Shown: positions 36,410-50,977 of the stretch, piece after piece
How the letters are laid out: each line of letters starts with the position of its first letter
How positions within the stretch are numbered: the stretch's first letter is position 1
Source: Leucoraja ocellata
Taxonomy: Eukaryota
Reading direction: 5' to 3'
DNA length: 64,000 bases
Assembly: GCA_036785375.1 (NCBI GenBank)
Contig: JAWMAR010000489.1
Span: forward strand, 1,240,001 to 1,304,000
Made by a program: the position numbers and the translations under genes
The notes under the pieces: generated by a model
What the model was told of the DNA's origin: nothing
Seen by the model: only the letters and a program-made list of their open reading frames with translations
Databases searched by the model: none

Positions 36410-37630
36410 CACATTGTCCCTTCATTTAAGAAAGGCAGCAGGAATAGTAGAGCCTTGTGTCAGCAGTTAGGAAATTATTCAAGAAAACTCTAAAGGATAG
36501 GTTTTATATACATCAGTAGTAGTCAGCAAAACTTTGTGTGGGGAAACCACGCTTCACTAATTTTACTAAGAAGGCAGGACAGTAGATGCTGCCTATATGG
36601 ACTTTAAGACATCTGGCAAGGTCTCACATGGTCAGCTACCCAGAAGGTCAGGGTGCATGGCACCCAAGACCATCTGACTAATTACATCCAAATTAGGTTG
36701 AGCGATAGGACAGAGGGTATTGGTGAAGAGATGTTTTTCTGATCGGAAGTCTAAAATGTGTACCACAGAGATTGGTGCTGGGACCTTTTTATTTGTGAAT
36801 ACTAATGACTTAAATGTACACATAGGAGAAATGTATATTAAGTTGAAGGATGACAAAAACATTTGTGGAGTTGTCGATAGCAAGGAAGGTTGTCCATATT
36901 ACAGCATCATATAGATTAACTGAAAAGTTGGGCAGAACATTAGAGATGGAATTTAATCCTAATAAGTGCAAAGCGGTGCATTTTGGAAAGTCAAATGGGG
37001 GGGGGGGGGGGTACGACATGCAGAGTAAATGGTAGGGCACTCGGGTGTATTGTTGAAAGGAAGGGACTTTGGGGTTTAAATCCATGGCTCCTAGGACGTG
37101 GTGATCCAGGTAGATGGGAGATGAAGGCTGTATACAGGGCATGCTGTGTCAAGGGTCAAGCCACAGAATATGAGAATTGGGCTATCACGTTGCAACTTTA
37201 TGGTTTGGCAATTCCTAGAATATTCTGTGCAGTTCTTGTCACCGCGTTTGAAGGATGCAGTTGCTCTTAGAGTGCAGAGAAAATTCTTCAAGATGTTGCC
37301 AGGGTTGGAGAAAGTTATGGGGCGAGATTGAATAGGCCAGGTACATTTCCCTGGTGTGATGGAGGCTGAGGAGTGATCTGATAGAGGTAGATAGAAATAC
37401 TAGAGGCGAGACAAATAAGATAGCTAGACAAATATTTTTTCCATTGTAGACGTATCTAAAGCAAGACAAGAAGGAGGAGTTTTAGAGGTTTTGAAGGGAT
37501 TGATATTCTGGAATACACTACCAGAGGTGATGCTGGAATCAGATATAATCACTACATTCAACAGGCATTTAGACGGGTCCTGGAAAGCATAAAATACACC
37601 ATATAGGGCAGAAGGGTCAATTTCAAATGG
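36410..37630 (+). mobile_element. degraded CR1 LINE RT fragment
   Basis: MEFNPNKCKAVHFG, LEYSVQFLSP...VQRKFFKMLPG (ORFs 36850..37035, 37146..37331). Confidence 0.85.
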
Positions 37631-37875
37631 ATAGAAGGGCCAATTTCATTACTGTCCAACTCAAACTTTAAAATAGAAACTACACTTCATTGATTATGGG
37701 GCTTTGGGAAATTTTGAAATGGATGCAAAAGCCTATATTAATATCATTCCTGTTTTCTCTTTCTTTTCAGGTACGGCCAATGTTTCATTCAATAACAACC
37801 CGTACTGTGTCACCTGCAGTTTTCTTCATGCATACATAGAATGTGAGAACGTTGGCATGAACTGAGCCTACTTAC

Positions 37876-38245
37876 TTGGCTTCTTCCAAAAGATCTTCAA
37901 TATTGTCAAGTGGTTGTGTTGCAGGATTTGCAGCGAGCAGAGATTGTATCTCATTAATCTTTTCCTGCACGGCATTAACAGTTTCTTGGTAAGGACCAAT
38001 AACTCCATTGGCTTTGACTGTATCGGCTTGCTCTACAAGTTGTCTACTTTGAGTGGTCAGCTCGTCAATTATTTTATCCCAGAGATTGAAGCATGCGTGG
38101 CATTGTTCACAATGAGGGAATGTTCCAAAGTAGCCTCGGGCACATCTATCACACCGTTCACCTGCAATTCCTTTTCGACAGACGCAGCGTCCATTTGTCT
38201 GGTTACATTGCTGTGTCTCGATGCCAAGTTCGTTGCAGTCACATT
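37876..38245 (-). CDS. LAMB1: LAMB1 exon, last LE repeat and start of coiled coil (CDCNELGIETQQCNQTNGRCVCRKGIAGERCDRCARGYFGTFPHCEQCHACFNLWD...DLLEEA)
   Basis: ctttaag acceptor, gtaagt donor, 370 nt; LE cysteine spacing followed by the CxxCFxLWD motif. Confidence 0.94.
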
Positions 38246-39551
38246 CTTAAAGTAAAACAAAATTGAACAAGCACATTCATTTCATGAAAAATAAAACACA
38301 ATCTTTTGATGCACTTTCCATATGGCAAAACTGAAGGGATTGGTCCAAACATCTGATGTACAAGAACAAATTTTTTTGTCCACACCGTCTCCTCCTGGCT
38401 CGAACATCTTTTACTGTTTGGCACCCACATTGTGGCAACAGATCTCAAATCTTATAATATAAATAGCTCAGAGGTCCTTGCATAACTGGGAGTCAAGATG
38501 ACAATTGTTTTCTAGGCAAATTAATTTTCTTTGAAAGCCTTGGAAGAGCAAGACTCCATACTCAGTGGAAGGCCCCAGTACTGGCAAACTGGCAGCGCCA
38601 GTAACACAAGAACAATACGAGAGGAAGCCCAGCTTTCACAGAAGGTACATCAATGCTAATCATATGATTGGAAGGCAAGTGGCACCAGGGATTAAAGTCA
38701 AACAACAAAGCAAAATTAAATTACAGAATTTTGCTTTCCCTTTCTTGAAAAAATCATTTACAGATTTAGTTTAGTCATGTCCCACCCAACCACCCAAAGC
38801 TTTGATGTTCTAAAAGCAATGTGTATTATTGGCAGCATTATATCCACATATTGACTTCATTAGGGTGATGTTTCTTCATTCAATGCCGTGACATTTTGCA
38901 TCCCTTCTTTCAGTCCTGGCTGGATCAACTTCTGAGATGCACTCAGTCACAAGATTAAATGTATTTTCTTGTATCTTTCTGGAAAATATTGAGATTAGAG
39001 TTATCTTATCTCCCATTTTCACAAGATACCCTTTGCATATTTCAACAACCACGCCAACATTCCAACATTCTTTTTCCAAGAGTCAGATTTCCTTGAGTGC
39101 TTCTCCGAACAGCAGCTATCATGCAGTTTGATTTTTTTTCTGTTCACAATACTGAATGGCCATTTCCACTCATGCAGTCTTCGCCAGCAATCCTTACAGG
39201 CAGGCCACTCATCTACTCTCTGCCAGTAAGCAAATCCATTTTCTCCCAATATATCTACCATCTTCGCCAACTCCATTGCTGTTGTGCATTCTCTGCTTTT
39301 TGCAATGCATCTGAAGTTGAAAATTATTTCAACACTTCTGCATTTCAATTATGTAATCACATTGAGGTAAAAGACTGGGGCCATCATTGCATAATTGTCA
39401 GATTTAGAACCACAAATCACTAATAAAATGTTTGTGATGTCTGAACAAAATAAAAGGTTTATCCAATAGAAATGTATAAATTGTTTCTCTACAGAGGCAA
39501 TGCTCTACTCTAAATTCAATATTGCAATCCGATGGCAAAGATCGACACTTT

Positions 39552-39649
39552 GTCTGAAGAAGAGTCTTGACCCAAAACATCACCCACTCCTTCTCTCCAG
39601 AGATGCTGCCTGTCCCACTGAGTTACTCCAGCTTTTTGTGTCTATCTTC
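39552..39649 (+). mobile_element. Penelope-derived hammerhead repeat (degenerate core)
   Basis: gtctgaagaagagtcttgacccaaaacatcacccactcc...gtctatcttc. Confidence 0.75.
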
Positions 39650-40371
39650 AATACTATAAACTAACTGGTCCATTGTAGATTGAGAGATCTTTAGTGATTA
39701 GCTCACATCTGTAAGGCATTTAGTAAAAACTCAAACAAGCTTCATCTCACAAAATACAATGTCCTAATTATTTGTGATGGAAAGGTTCATGGATTCTCGT
39801 GGATAACAAATAGAAATGTGAGTAACCACCAAGGCATTTGGCAAGGACATACAAAAAACAAGTGTCATGGATGCAAGAAGCTTCAATTTCAGCTTGTGTG
39901 CAAAGTCTCCAATGATTCCGGTCCTAGCCACCCACCTGACGCACTCTGGGCTCTAACCCTGGCCCCTACCATATGCATGACCTGACCCCCCTCAACCCAA
40001 ATCACCCCCAGCCCCCACATGTTCCCAAACTCAATAAGTGAATCCACATGTGGTAAACGAGCAGATGAGAATTGTGTGCATTGCAGAGTTCTTATCCACT
40101 TTCAACTGCACATAAGCACATGCCTGATATAGTCCATCTCCTTTTAACTCTGCACACATCACAGGATCAACACGCATTGGATGCACTTCCCCAGCAGCCT
40201 GGTACAAGATCATCTTGCAATCAGACATCTCCAACAGTTTTGTTCACTTTAGACACAACCAATGCTCAATCACTTGGGTTCAATCTTCACCAGAACATAA
40301 CTTTATTTTAATTTATCCAACTCTTCCTTCACCTGGCTGTTGATGCACATGGACCAGGTAAAGGCTTGTAA

Positions 40372-40516
40372 TGTGTAGGAAGGAACTGTAGATGCTGGTT
40401 TACACTAAAGATACACATAAAACACTGGAGTAACTGGAGTGGGACAGGCAGCATCTCTGTTTCTGAAGTCTGAAGAAGGGTCTTGACCCAAAACGTCACC
40501 CATCCCTTCTTTCCAG
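40372..40516. mobile_element. Penelope-derived hammerhead repeat with inversion and TSD
   Basis: AAAGGCTTGT at 40360-40369 and 40517-40526; core ctgaagaagggtcttgacccaaaacgtc. Confidence 0.8.
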
Positions 40517-41139
40517 AAAGGCTTGTTATGTTTGCTTTTGCATCCGATTTGTTGTGTTTGATATGAACAGGTACTGAGAATTTTAATACTCAGGTACTAT
40601 GGAACCTTTCTGTATACTTTCCTAATAGTATGCCAAAGTACAAGTTTGAAACATTCATGCTAAATGTAGTATAGCTTCAATTTCCATCGAGATTGTTTAC
40701 CTAATATTAGTCTTAATATAAACAATCACAACCATTGGTAATTCTCTTTGCCCACTGTGACTCACTAAACTTCTGGTCTAAGTCTTCTTCTTCACCTTCT
40801 TCTTCGTGTCCATCTTGTTACAAATGTTGAGCTCGCTGTCATCGTCTGTCCTGAAAAGGACGCAAGCTTCCGGCGACAATCAGTGGAAGCCATCACTTGT
40901 CGTAATAGATGATGGTGGTACAAAACGTCATAAATATCTTTTGAAATTTGTTCTATTCTTCATCTATTAATTTGGCCACACTTTTTGTTACCAACGCTTG
41001 CCCATAATTGATTGATCTCCTGCCCCACAAATACTCAAGATTATGTATTGACCAGTGGACCCTGATTTAGTCTTGAAGTCAATCTATTTTCTGCAATCGT
41101 AATTCTCCTTTGTTCTAATGAACCAAATAGTACAGAATT

Positions 41140-41262
41140 CCTGAAGTCCCAACCAAAAATGTCACCTATCCATTTTCTCTAGAGATGATGCCTGACCCAC
41201 TGAGTTACTACAGCACTTTGTCTTTGTTTGTGTTAAGCCAGCATCTGCAGTTTCCTTCCTCT
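41140..41262 (+). mobile_element. Penelope-derived repeat, core partly deleted
   Basis: gtcacctatcc...agagatgatgcctgacccactgagttact...cagcatctgcagtttcc. Confidence 0.65.
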
Positions 41263-41934
41263 GAACGAAGGCTTTCCTCTGAAAAAAGTTAATTACAATT
41301 CCTAGAATAACTACATCAGCTTTGGATTTGTTTGCCAAGGATACATGCCCTTTTCCTTAAAGCAAAAACATTTTTCCGATGTAGCTCAACATGATAGCTT
41401 CTTCATAACAGCAACAGCATAAAAGCCATTCCTACCCATTTGGTTCAGATTGCTCTTAAATGCAAGTCTGTGCACTTCTCTATAAATGTATACTGTCTGG
41501 CACCATTTCCTGCCATCTCCAGAGAGATTGTAATTTTTCCAAACATAGATCAAAAGTGAGAACAGCTACTTTTGATTAAAGCAGGAACTGGTCATAACAA
41601 TGTTATAACAGGACTTTCAATATAATATAGAAAACCTCACCAATTTCTGATTCCTAATCCTAAATTTGGAGATATGTACAATTTAAAGTTTAGACTGTGC
41701 CAACCTTTGAACTAAAGCACTAGACATTTTTCTGTGGCAATAACCATGTTGAGACATAGTTTCAGAACCATTCAATTAAAGTCTCATTTTTGCACTCCCA
41801 TATAACAATATTCTGTGCAGGCAGGCTCACAATTTCTATCAACTTCCACTGTTATTTGATCTAAAAAACACAACATTTCCACACATTCTAGTAAGAGAAA
41901 GTCTCAGGGACTGACAACATACACAAATGCGTAC

Positions 41935-42335
41935 ATGATTCTAATCTCCTCTGCCTGCACGTGATCAATATTCCTCCATATCCCTGTGCCCATTTAAAAA
42001 CCTCTTAAACATCAGTATAACATTTGCTTCCAGCAAATTCTAAGCACCCACCACACTGTAAAAAAAAACTTGCTCTGTACATCTTGAAACTTTCCCCCCT
42101 CTGACCTTAAAGCTATGCCCTCTGGTCTTAGGCATTTCCACCCTGTCTACCCCATGTATATCTCCCAATTTTACATATTTTGGTCAGGTCTCCCCTCAAC
42201 CTCCACCACTCTAACAAAAAACAATCCAAGTTTGACATCCGCTCCTTATAGCCAATATCCGCAAATCCAGCCAGCGTTCTGGTAAATAGTTTCTGCATAC
42301 TCTCCAAAACCACCACATTCTTCTTGTAATTGGTA
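41935..42335 (-). mobile_element. degraded CR1 3' fragment
   Basis: ORF 42128..42424 LESMQKLFTRTLAG...YKERM...RLRGDL. Confidence 0.75.
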
Positions 42336-43185
42336 CATTTGAGACTCAAAATGTCATGAAAAATTCTCATATTTTTTATTCTGAATTCCTTAGACCATAC
42401 TGTGAGAATTGAGTGCTTCAACATCTATGCAATAAGGCTCAACAATCTGCAAAAACTTGGACTTTGTAAACAGCAAACAAATTGCATTCACTAGTAAACT
42501 ATAAATGCCGGCATCAAAATGCTTCAAATCTTGTTTTCCTAATAAAAACCAACTAGTGCTAATTATAAGTTCACTGGCATCCATTAACAATGATTAAAAC
42601 AGACAGACTCACCATTAAAACAGAAGAATTTTCAGACAGCAATCCAGAAAGTTAAGAGTATAAATTTCAATTGACTACTTCATTTTACTGAAATCAGATT
42701 TTAAAAAATGAAATACAGCCTTTGTCTTATTTATCCATCATGGAATTTCAATTGGATTACACAGCTCAACTCTGAATGTTCATATTTCTTCCCTTCGAAC
42801 CATTGAATTTTGCACAATAACAGTTACTGCCTTAATACGGATACATCCACCAATAATTCTACCATTATGAACAAGAATATATTATTTCTCCTCCTGGACT
42901 TTCCCTGTGGGTCAGAGATGACTTGTATCCATTCAGTTCTTTTGTCTACCTGCCTCTAGCCACGACAACCCCCCACAAAAATCCTCAGCCAAACTGCAAA
43001 TATTTACACCAATTCAATAATTTGCTTGAATTTCCTATAAGGCTATTATTTGAAATAAATGCATCATTATTTTTGAAAATTGCTATGAAATATTCCATTA
43101 ATGCTTGAAAAAAAAAGAACACTTTCTGGGCAGTGCATGAGGTTTTGCAAGATGAAGGGATGAAAGAAAAAGCAAAAGAACCAAA

Positions 43186-43304
43186 TGTGTAGGAAGGAAC
43201 TGCAGATGCTGGTTCAAACCAAAGATGGACACAAAATGCTGGAGTAACTCAGTGGGACAGGCAGCATCTCTGGATAGAAGGAATGGGTGATGTTTTGGGT
43301 TGAG
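43186..43304 (-). mobile_element. Penelope-derived repeat, truncated within hammerhead stem II
   Basis: Reverse complement of family consensus: aggaactgcagatgctgg...ggagtaactcagtgggacaggcagcatctc...gggtgatgttttgggttgag. Confidence 0.75.
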
Positions 43305-45179
43305 CAACATAATCAAGTTATGTTTCCCCGAATTATGAATTACTGCTGACCAGTTCAATCACATGCAAGATAGTTGTATAAAGAAAGTAGTATGGCTGTT
43401 TGGAAAAAGTCCTCAAATCTAATTTAAAAAGTTGTTTGATGTGAATCAGTCAGTTGATCTAGAAATGAGCCGCAGTGGATGCAACTAAAACAGGAAATTA
43501 CTGACCTCAAAAGACAGATGTTTTAACAATGGAAAGCAATCCGATAAACAAAGGAAGAAATACAGTCTGGAAGTTCACACAGTTAACCAAATTTACACAG
43601 ATCATTATCATCATGTTGTGACATTGTGTTTGATAGAACAGACCCTCGGAGTTCAACAGATCAAAGGATATCACATCTGACTGTGACAGGCCATCAATAT
43701 AACAAACTTTATGAAAGCTCCTACACACAGAGCCTTTTTAAGTGCTCATGCTATGATATGAAGTGGAACCCGATATTACATAGTACATTAACTACCAGTT
43801 ATCAAACTTGCTCACTCCTTGAGAATGAGTTGCAATCAATGATGCTTTAGCAAAACTGATTGGTGCTCCAAAGTAGGCAATACATATAATGTCAAAATAT
43901 TAAAGAGGTGATAAAAATTATAAATATAGTTTAATTATAAAATATTAAGCAACAGTATTTCCAAAATATAGCCAACATTAATTATACATTGAAAGTTTTT
44001 TTGCTAGTTAAACATTCATTGACAGAGTTAAACTACTGTTGCTTATTAACTTCTACAACAGATACTGACGATAGTTTACTTTCAAAATTGTGACATGTTT
44101 GAGTGCAAACTTCAAGGTAGTTTGAAAGCCAGATATTCAATGTTTGGCCATAGAATAATTTTTCATCGGTAACGGCATTCAGAGATATATTACAATATAT
44201 GGATGGTTTGAGAAAGTAAATACGTTTTGTTTACCCAAAGACTTTAACTTGTAAACCTCAGTGACCCAAATAAATAAATAACCCAGTCAAGAAATTGCTT
44301 ATTACTAATTCTTCAGCAACATCGTCATGCATCTCCTCTTTCAGTGATCCTTCCAGTGATGTGATCAAACCATGCACCCGGAACTATACATATGGTTTAA
44401 ATTTTACACTTTCAGCATTATCTGCTTAGTCTCATATTCCATGCCAGAATCTATATATGCATGTGTCTCATTATAAATTTTAAGTTTATCTGTCAATCTA
44501 TACCGGTTTTGCTATCTTCAGGAGTCTATGAACCTGCACTTTAAGAGTTCTGGTCCTCTACATATTCAGCACCCTCGTATTTTATAATGCATTCCCTGCT
44601 CAAAAGTCACAAGATTCAACAAGTTTGAGACCAAATACTGCAGCCATTAGTTGCACATGATGATCGCATGATTCTGCAGTGTAACACAGTCCAGCTGTGT
44701 TTCTGTCACGGATAAAAGACATCTCCACCTTAAAAGTACAGTTTGCCCATTAATCCACTTTACAAGAGCAATTTTCACTTCTGTCAATGATTACATGAAT
44801 TTAACAACCCATGAACCATCACCTTTCTCTTTAACAGTTATTGTTCAATTCCATTTCTAGATTTAGAAGTTGCTATAGTTCTTCTGAGGCAGTCTCTTGG
44901 GATTAAGGACAATTTATTACCACTCTGATTCTGTAGCTTCCGAGTTGGCTATCGAGACCAATGTGGCTACTGCAGATACTTCCAGAGATGAAGCAGGTGA
45001 GTGGGTGGTTTGAGAGTTGCTGCCAACATAGGCAGGGCTTGTGTGTGTTTGACACATGGACTCGGGGTTCTAAATATTATGCTCTCCACTTTGTGTGGCC
45101 ATTTCTAAGATCAGTGTGGATACTTCATTTTTCAAAGAGCCAAATACATCTCTCTCTCTCTCTCTCTATATATATATAA

Positions 45180-45870
45180 GATCTGAAGATCTGTCCTGGG
45201 CATAGCACATTGACGAATTCATAAATAAATCTCATCAGTGACTCAATTTCCATAGAAGATTGAGGAGATTTGGTATGTTAAGGAATACGCCATTGAACCT
45301 TGACAGGTCTACAACACACTGGCTGGTTGCATTATTGCCTGGTTTGGGAACTTGAATGCCCAGGAATGAAGGCGGCTTCAGAAAATGGTAGATATTGTCT
45401 AATCCATCATGGGTACTGATCTCCCCACCATCAAAGCCATCTCAAAAACTACAAAAGCAGGCAGGTGACTTTGCCACAACAAGGCAACTATAAGGAAAAA
45501 CCCGTATCACCCTGGCCATGCTCTCATCTTGCCAATAACATCAGGAAAAAGATACAGAAGCCTGAAGACTATAATCTCCAGTTTCAAAAACAGCTTCTTT
45601 CCAGCAAACATCTGGCTCTTGAACATAGACAACACTAACCACAATCTTACCTCAGCAACTATGATCTACTATAGACTTTGTTTTGCTTGCATTGCAGACT
45701 TACATTTTGCACTATTATGGGCCAATTACCTAGCAGTACTGATTATTAATTTATTATAGATATTTGAATATTGTGTTTTCACATTAATGAAACTCTAAAG
45801 CTGCATCAAGTCAGAATGTTATTGTTCTATTACCGGTACTTAAGCAATTAAATATGATTCTTGACATCCT
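45180..45870 (+). mobile_element. degraded Rex1/Babar-like LINE 3' fragment
   Basis: SGKRYRSLKT..SSFKNSFFP (ORF 45529..45759). Confidence 0.75.
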
Positions 45871-48800
45871 TAAATCGTTTCAGCTATCTGCTTGGTAATT
45901 TATTTCCAGAGCAGAGAATGGTATCAGGTTTGGGACTCTCATGCTAGGCATGTGAATGAGATAGCTGTCCAAAGTCCTCAAGTATAATGAGAGCTTCTTT
46001 GCTGGGGATCTAAAATGAGAATGTTGGGAAAATCTAGGTAGACAGGCTGCAGCTGTGGGAAGAGAAATGGATAAGCATTTCAGATTTTGAGACCCTTTGT
46101 CAGAACTCACGAGGATTCTATGACCTGTAATATTGTCTTTCTGTCTCTTCCCACAGATACAGACCAGCCTGTTCTTATCTCAGATTTTGATTTTTTTGTC
46201 TTAGATTTCTAGCATCTGCAATATTTTGATATTCAATGCTGTGGTTGTTGACATTGGAAAGGAGAACAATGCTGGCTTGTCCATTCCTCAAATTTATAAA
46301 CTGCATTGGTGCCCACTCTATGTAGCCCAGCTCTCACACCAAAATATTGCAGGAATCTCCACTGACTGGTACACCACACATTTTGCCCCAGGTCCAAGAT
46401 CTTGATGTTCAAATCCAGCTTTCTTTAAGTAATCAAAGGCTTGGCTGACACTTGGAGTTGCCAGTAAATTTCATTTCCAAGATTATCAGAACCTTTATTG
46501 GTGAGCAACAAAAGGTCATGGGCACTGGTTGTTGTTTCATTTTTCTTGGAGATGGTATGTGGTGAAGATCATGCCCACTGTTTCACTGGATGGACGTAAT
46601 ATTTACACGGGGAAGAGATAATTGTGGAAGACCTATACTTGGCACCATTTGAAGTTGAATAGCAGGCAGCAGAGACCACCACTTCCTTGTTCTCATTTTG
46701 TCGTTACCAGCTTAGGCTAGCCTTCCTTCTTGGAAATTATTATGATCCCAGCAACTGAGCTCCAGGCATATCATCATCCTCCAATGTGGAAAATGAGATT
46801 GTGGTATTGTTTATGAAGCTCTTCATTTCTGCTTCAGTGTAGCAACCAATGAACTGATGGAATTAACCATTTGGTATAGTTGCTGATATGAATGATATGA
46901 ACTCATTCACAACAAATTATTGCATTTAAATAAAACATATCAATTTACTGCAAATTCATTTTCTCCAATATCATTGACTTAAAATTCCATTCTATGTTAA
47001 ACAAGGCAGCATCATTGCCCCAATACATTCCACAAACTTTCCAAATTTGAATCATGGTCTAGTTCTACAGTGTGTACATTATGCATGGACTTAATACTTC
47101 TTATGTCTTGAAACAGAATCTCACTTTGCGAATTTCAACAGGAAATCCCACAACAACTTTAGTCCAAGCAGTGGACTGAAAAAAGAGTTAATTTTAAAGC
47201 CTTATTAAAAAGTTTAAAGTTGAACATCGAGTTCTACAACTAATTCTCTACAAATCAAGTTGCAATTCATGATATTTTTTTTAATTAAACTTTATGAACT
47301 TGTAATGCACCATCCCAACTTCATGTACAAAAAAAATCAAAATATTAATGTAGTTTGATTGCACGTGATAAAATGTACTATTCAGAAAGACACTAATGGT
47401 TAGTTAATGGTATAAAAAAGTGACAAAATTTATTATGCAGCACATAATGTTAATTAATTTAGTGGTGGCAAAGGAAACCCACATATTAATATAGTTTAAA
47501 ATTCATACATTTGAAAAAAAGGAATGCAAATTATAAACAGGAAGTGTCTATGTGTGCAGTCAATTCATAATCTGGATCTTAATGTCTCGTTTCCTTTCCC
47601 AAAGGACCTCCCCTGCAGTACAAAGTCATTATATATTGCTAATGCTCTGGCCACTGTGCTGACTCTGCTGGAGTTCACCATAAAACCCAACGGTCCCAAC
47701 GTATACTCTCCAGCAGGAAATTGCAGAACAGCGATTAGCAATAGGAATGCAGGCAGATGTTTATGAAGCTTAAACATCTCAAGTTAAACTATGCATCCCA
47801 CTCAGTGGATTTCAACTTTGGCAACAGCATATATTCAGTATCATTTGTTCCATGGTATGACCCCCATGAACCTGCACAGATGGGATGCAGTTACCAGTTT
47901 CCGTCCACATATTTTAACCATTTGTGATCAAATTATCTCTTGACTGCCCTCCAGGATCAAGGATAGTCCATTTCACTACAGTTCAATGGGTTCCCGGGTG
48001 ATTGATAAGACCAGCATGGGACTGGAAACTGCCTTCAATAAGGTAGGTTATCTATAATAGAGTGGATAGTTTATCGAAGGTGGTGCACCACTTCTTCAGC
48101 CTTTATGATGCACGATTCAAATGAATGAACATCAATGTTATCCCAAACATTCCCCCTCCAAGGGCCAGAGATTATCACGTCAGTGAGGATATTATATTTG
48201 TTCAAGGCTTTGAGAACATCCTGTCCAACTGGTAATCTGTGTTTTGGGAATCTGGCATGGAAATGAAATGGCCTGTTCACTGGAGCCAACTGTATGAAAC
48301 AATGTTTTGATTATTCTTCCAGTGCACAACAGCAGTAGAAGTATCACTCTTGTGATTTGAGAGGCACTTGCAATTTGAGAGGCACTTGTTGTCCATGATT
48401 CAGAAGTGTTTAGGAAGATTTCATTTTGTTCCATTAGTTTTGTGCTGAAGCCTTTACTCTCTGGGTTAATTTATTAGTGTATTCAAATAGAAACATACAA
48501 TGATGAAACAATCCCTTTTGCCTATCGTTAACACTGATCCTCAATCACCCATTTTAAAGTAAACTACATTAATTGCTTCTTTAAATTTGCCCACATTCTC
48601 TTCAGGTCCTTTCAGATTCCACTACTCAAACTTGTGGCAATTTACTGGCCAATTAATCCACCAACCAATCTTTGGGATTTAAGGAAACCAAAGCACCTGG
48701 AGGAAACCAAGTGTCACAGGGAGAATCTATAAACTACACACAGACAGACTCCTCTCAAGACCAGAATGAAAGAACATAAATATAAGACAATCACAAATAA

Positions 48801-49566
48801 ATGCATTAATGCTACATGAAGAGCATTCTTTGTGCATGAAATGATTAGAAAATGAAACTCATGACAGTGAGATGACAGTACGAACATTAAACAAATTTCC
48901 TTAACAAAAGATGTTTTGATACAGTTGATAGCTAAATGCTGATAAATGCTGATGTAGGGATAGTCAGGAGGGATAGTTAATGTCTACTGGAGCATGGTGA
49001 TTCATGACATTCATAAACAGAGGATTACAGGGTAAAAATGTCCATTTACTTAAAGTTACATTCTTAATCCTTTGGTATTTTGAAAGGTATAATAAACCCA
49101 TTATTTAAATTATCATTCATAAATTTTCAAAGACCACCACAGAAGGCAGTCAGATTCACTCCACATAGCATAACGGTCAACATCAATGAATATAGCAATG
49201 CTATAGGACTGGACAACAGCCATTACCGTAATTTTATTTAAAAGTGCTGATCAAACAGCTTCTGTGGAGATAAAAGGGATGTGTCCACATTTTGGGCAAA
49301 GCCTGGGCACCATTCTGCTGAATACTTCTATGCCAGAATCTTTCCACATATTTCCCAAGTTGTACTAACATATTCCCCTACTAGGAATTTCACCAGCACT
49401 GTACGTGTGTGATCTACATTGATATTGTACAAAGTAACAAAATACGATAAATGTCAGAGTTCAATAAAAATACCTCCAGTAATGTCCAAGAAATACCATT
49501 TGGATAATCAAAATGTACTTTGCATTAATTTCTCCCTTGATTATATTTGAAAACTTGAAATAAGGG

Positions 49567-50197
49567 CCCTCAACACCAGCAAAACCAAGGAACTGATTGT
49601 GAACTTTGGAAGGGGTAGGATGGGGACCCACAGTCCCGTTTATATCATGGTGGAAAGGGTCAAGAGCTTCAAATTCCTGGGCGTGCAAATCTCTGAAGAT
49701 CTCTCCTGGTCCGAGAACACTGATGCTATTATAAAGAAAGCACATCAGCGCCTCTACTTCCTGAGAAGATTACAGAGAGTCGGTGTGTCAAGGCTCTGAC
49801 CTCCCTACCATCGAGGGGATCTATCGCAGTTGCTATCTCAAAAAGGCTGGCAGCATCATCAAGGACCCACATCACCTGGCCGCACACTCATCTCCCCGCT
49901 ACCTTCAGGTAGAAGTTTCAGGAGCCTGAAGACCGCAACGTCCAGGTTCAGAAACAGCTCTTCCCCACAGCCATCAGGCTATTGAACGCAACTCAAACAA
50001 AACTCTGACCATTAATAGCCCATTATCTGTTTATTTGCACTTTATCTGTTTTATTAATTAATGTGTGTATATATTTATACAATGGTATAGAGACTCACTG
50101 ATCTGTTCTGTATTCATGCCTTCTATATTCTGTTGTGCTGAAGCAGAGCAAGAATTTCAGTGTCCTATCTGGGACACATGGCAATAAACTCTCTTGA
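49567..50197 (+). mobile_element. Rex1/Babar-like LINE 3' fragment
   Basis: VERVKSFKFLGVQISEDLSWSENTDAIIKKAHQRLYFLRRL (ORF 49599..49799); tail aataaactctcttga. Confidence 0.88.
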
Positions 50198-50224
50198 ACA
50201 TATTAACTAGAATGGGGCATATAA

Positions 50225-50487
50225 AAACAGGTCCCACCGAGTCCGCACTGACCAGCGATTCTCGCACACTTACACTATCTTACACACACTAGGGACAATT
50301 TACAATTATACCAAGACCACCAAACCTTTAGGTCTTTGGTGTGTGGGAGGAAACATGAGATCCTGGCGAAAACCCACGCAGGTCACAAAGAGAACATACA
50401 AACTCCGTACAGACAAGCACCCGTAGTCTGGATTGAACCCAGGTCTCTGGCGCTGTAAGATAGCAACTCTTATCACTGCGCCACTGG
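50225..50487 (-). mobile_element. V-SINE (HE1-like)
   Basis: gtgtgggaggaaac...aaaacccacgcaggtcac...aaactcc and tRNA-like head ggattgaacccaggtctctggcgctgtaag; an older copy at about 48490-48760. Confidence 0.8.
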
Positions 50488-50645
50488 GCTGCCATCTAAA
50501 AAAATCTCATGTAAAAAAATTCTTACAAGTACCTCAATTACATCAAGCTCCACTTTTTAGAATATGGAAAAACAACTTAACGATGAAATTTAACCCATAT
50601 TTTAGCACCATCACAAAACCCAAAACAGCTCAATAGGTTTTCTTT

Positions 50646-50768
50646 TAAAAAGAACTGCAGATGCTGGAAAAATCCAAAGTAGACAAAAAATGCTGGAGAA
50701 ATTCAGCGGGTGAGACAGCATCTATGGAGAAAAGTAGGTGACGTTTTGGGTCGAGATCCTTCTTCAGA
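50646..50768 (-). mobile_element. Penelope-derived hammerhead repeat with TSD
   Basis: - strand tctgaagaaggatctcgacccaaaacgtcacc; flanking TCAATAGG(G)TTTTCTTT duplicated at about 50630 and 50769. Confidence 0.8.
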
Positions 50769-50880
50769 TCAATAGGGTTTTCTTTGTGATGCTCAAATTA
50801 CCAATATATACTGAACCAACTGTAGTTGTAATCTTGTGAGACAATTGATAACCGCCAACATTCCGTACACAGCTACTTAC

Positions 50881-50977
50881 TCATACATTCCACGTCGGGA
50901 TCTCCCCAGAAGAATTCTTGGCAGTCACTGCAAGTTCGTCCTCCAAATCCAGCCAGGCATTGACACTGCCCTGTAAA
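50881..50977 (-). CDS. LAMB1: LAMB1 exon ([32 protein letters not shown])
   Basis: ccccag acceptor, gtaagt donor, 97 nt; near-identical to the LAMB1 LE repeat. Confidence 0.95.

Noticed and set aside
40783-40900. (CTT)n-flanked short block
   Set aside because: Probably the truncated 3' end of a LINE with a (GAA)n tail on the - strand; too short to classify.
47565-47777. ORF with signal-peptide-like start (LPAFLLLIAVL)
   Set aside because: 70 codons, no homology recognised and no supporting exon structure; likely chance.
38246-50880. Nested protein-coding gene in the 12.6-kb LAMB1 intron
   Set aside because: The ORFs are short and lack recognisable domains or consistent splice phases; those with homology are LINE debris.
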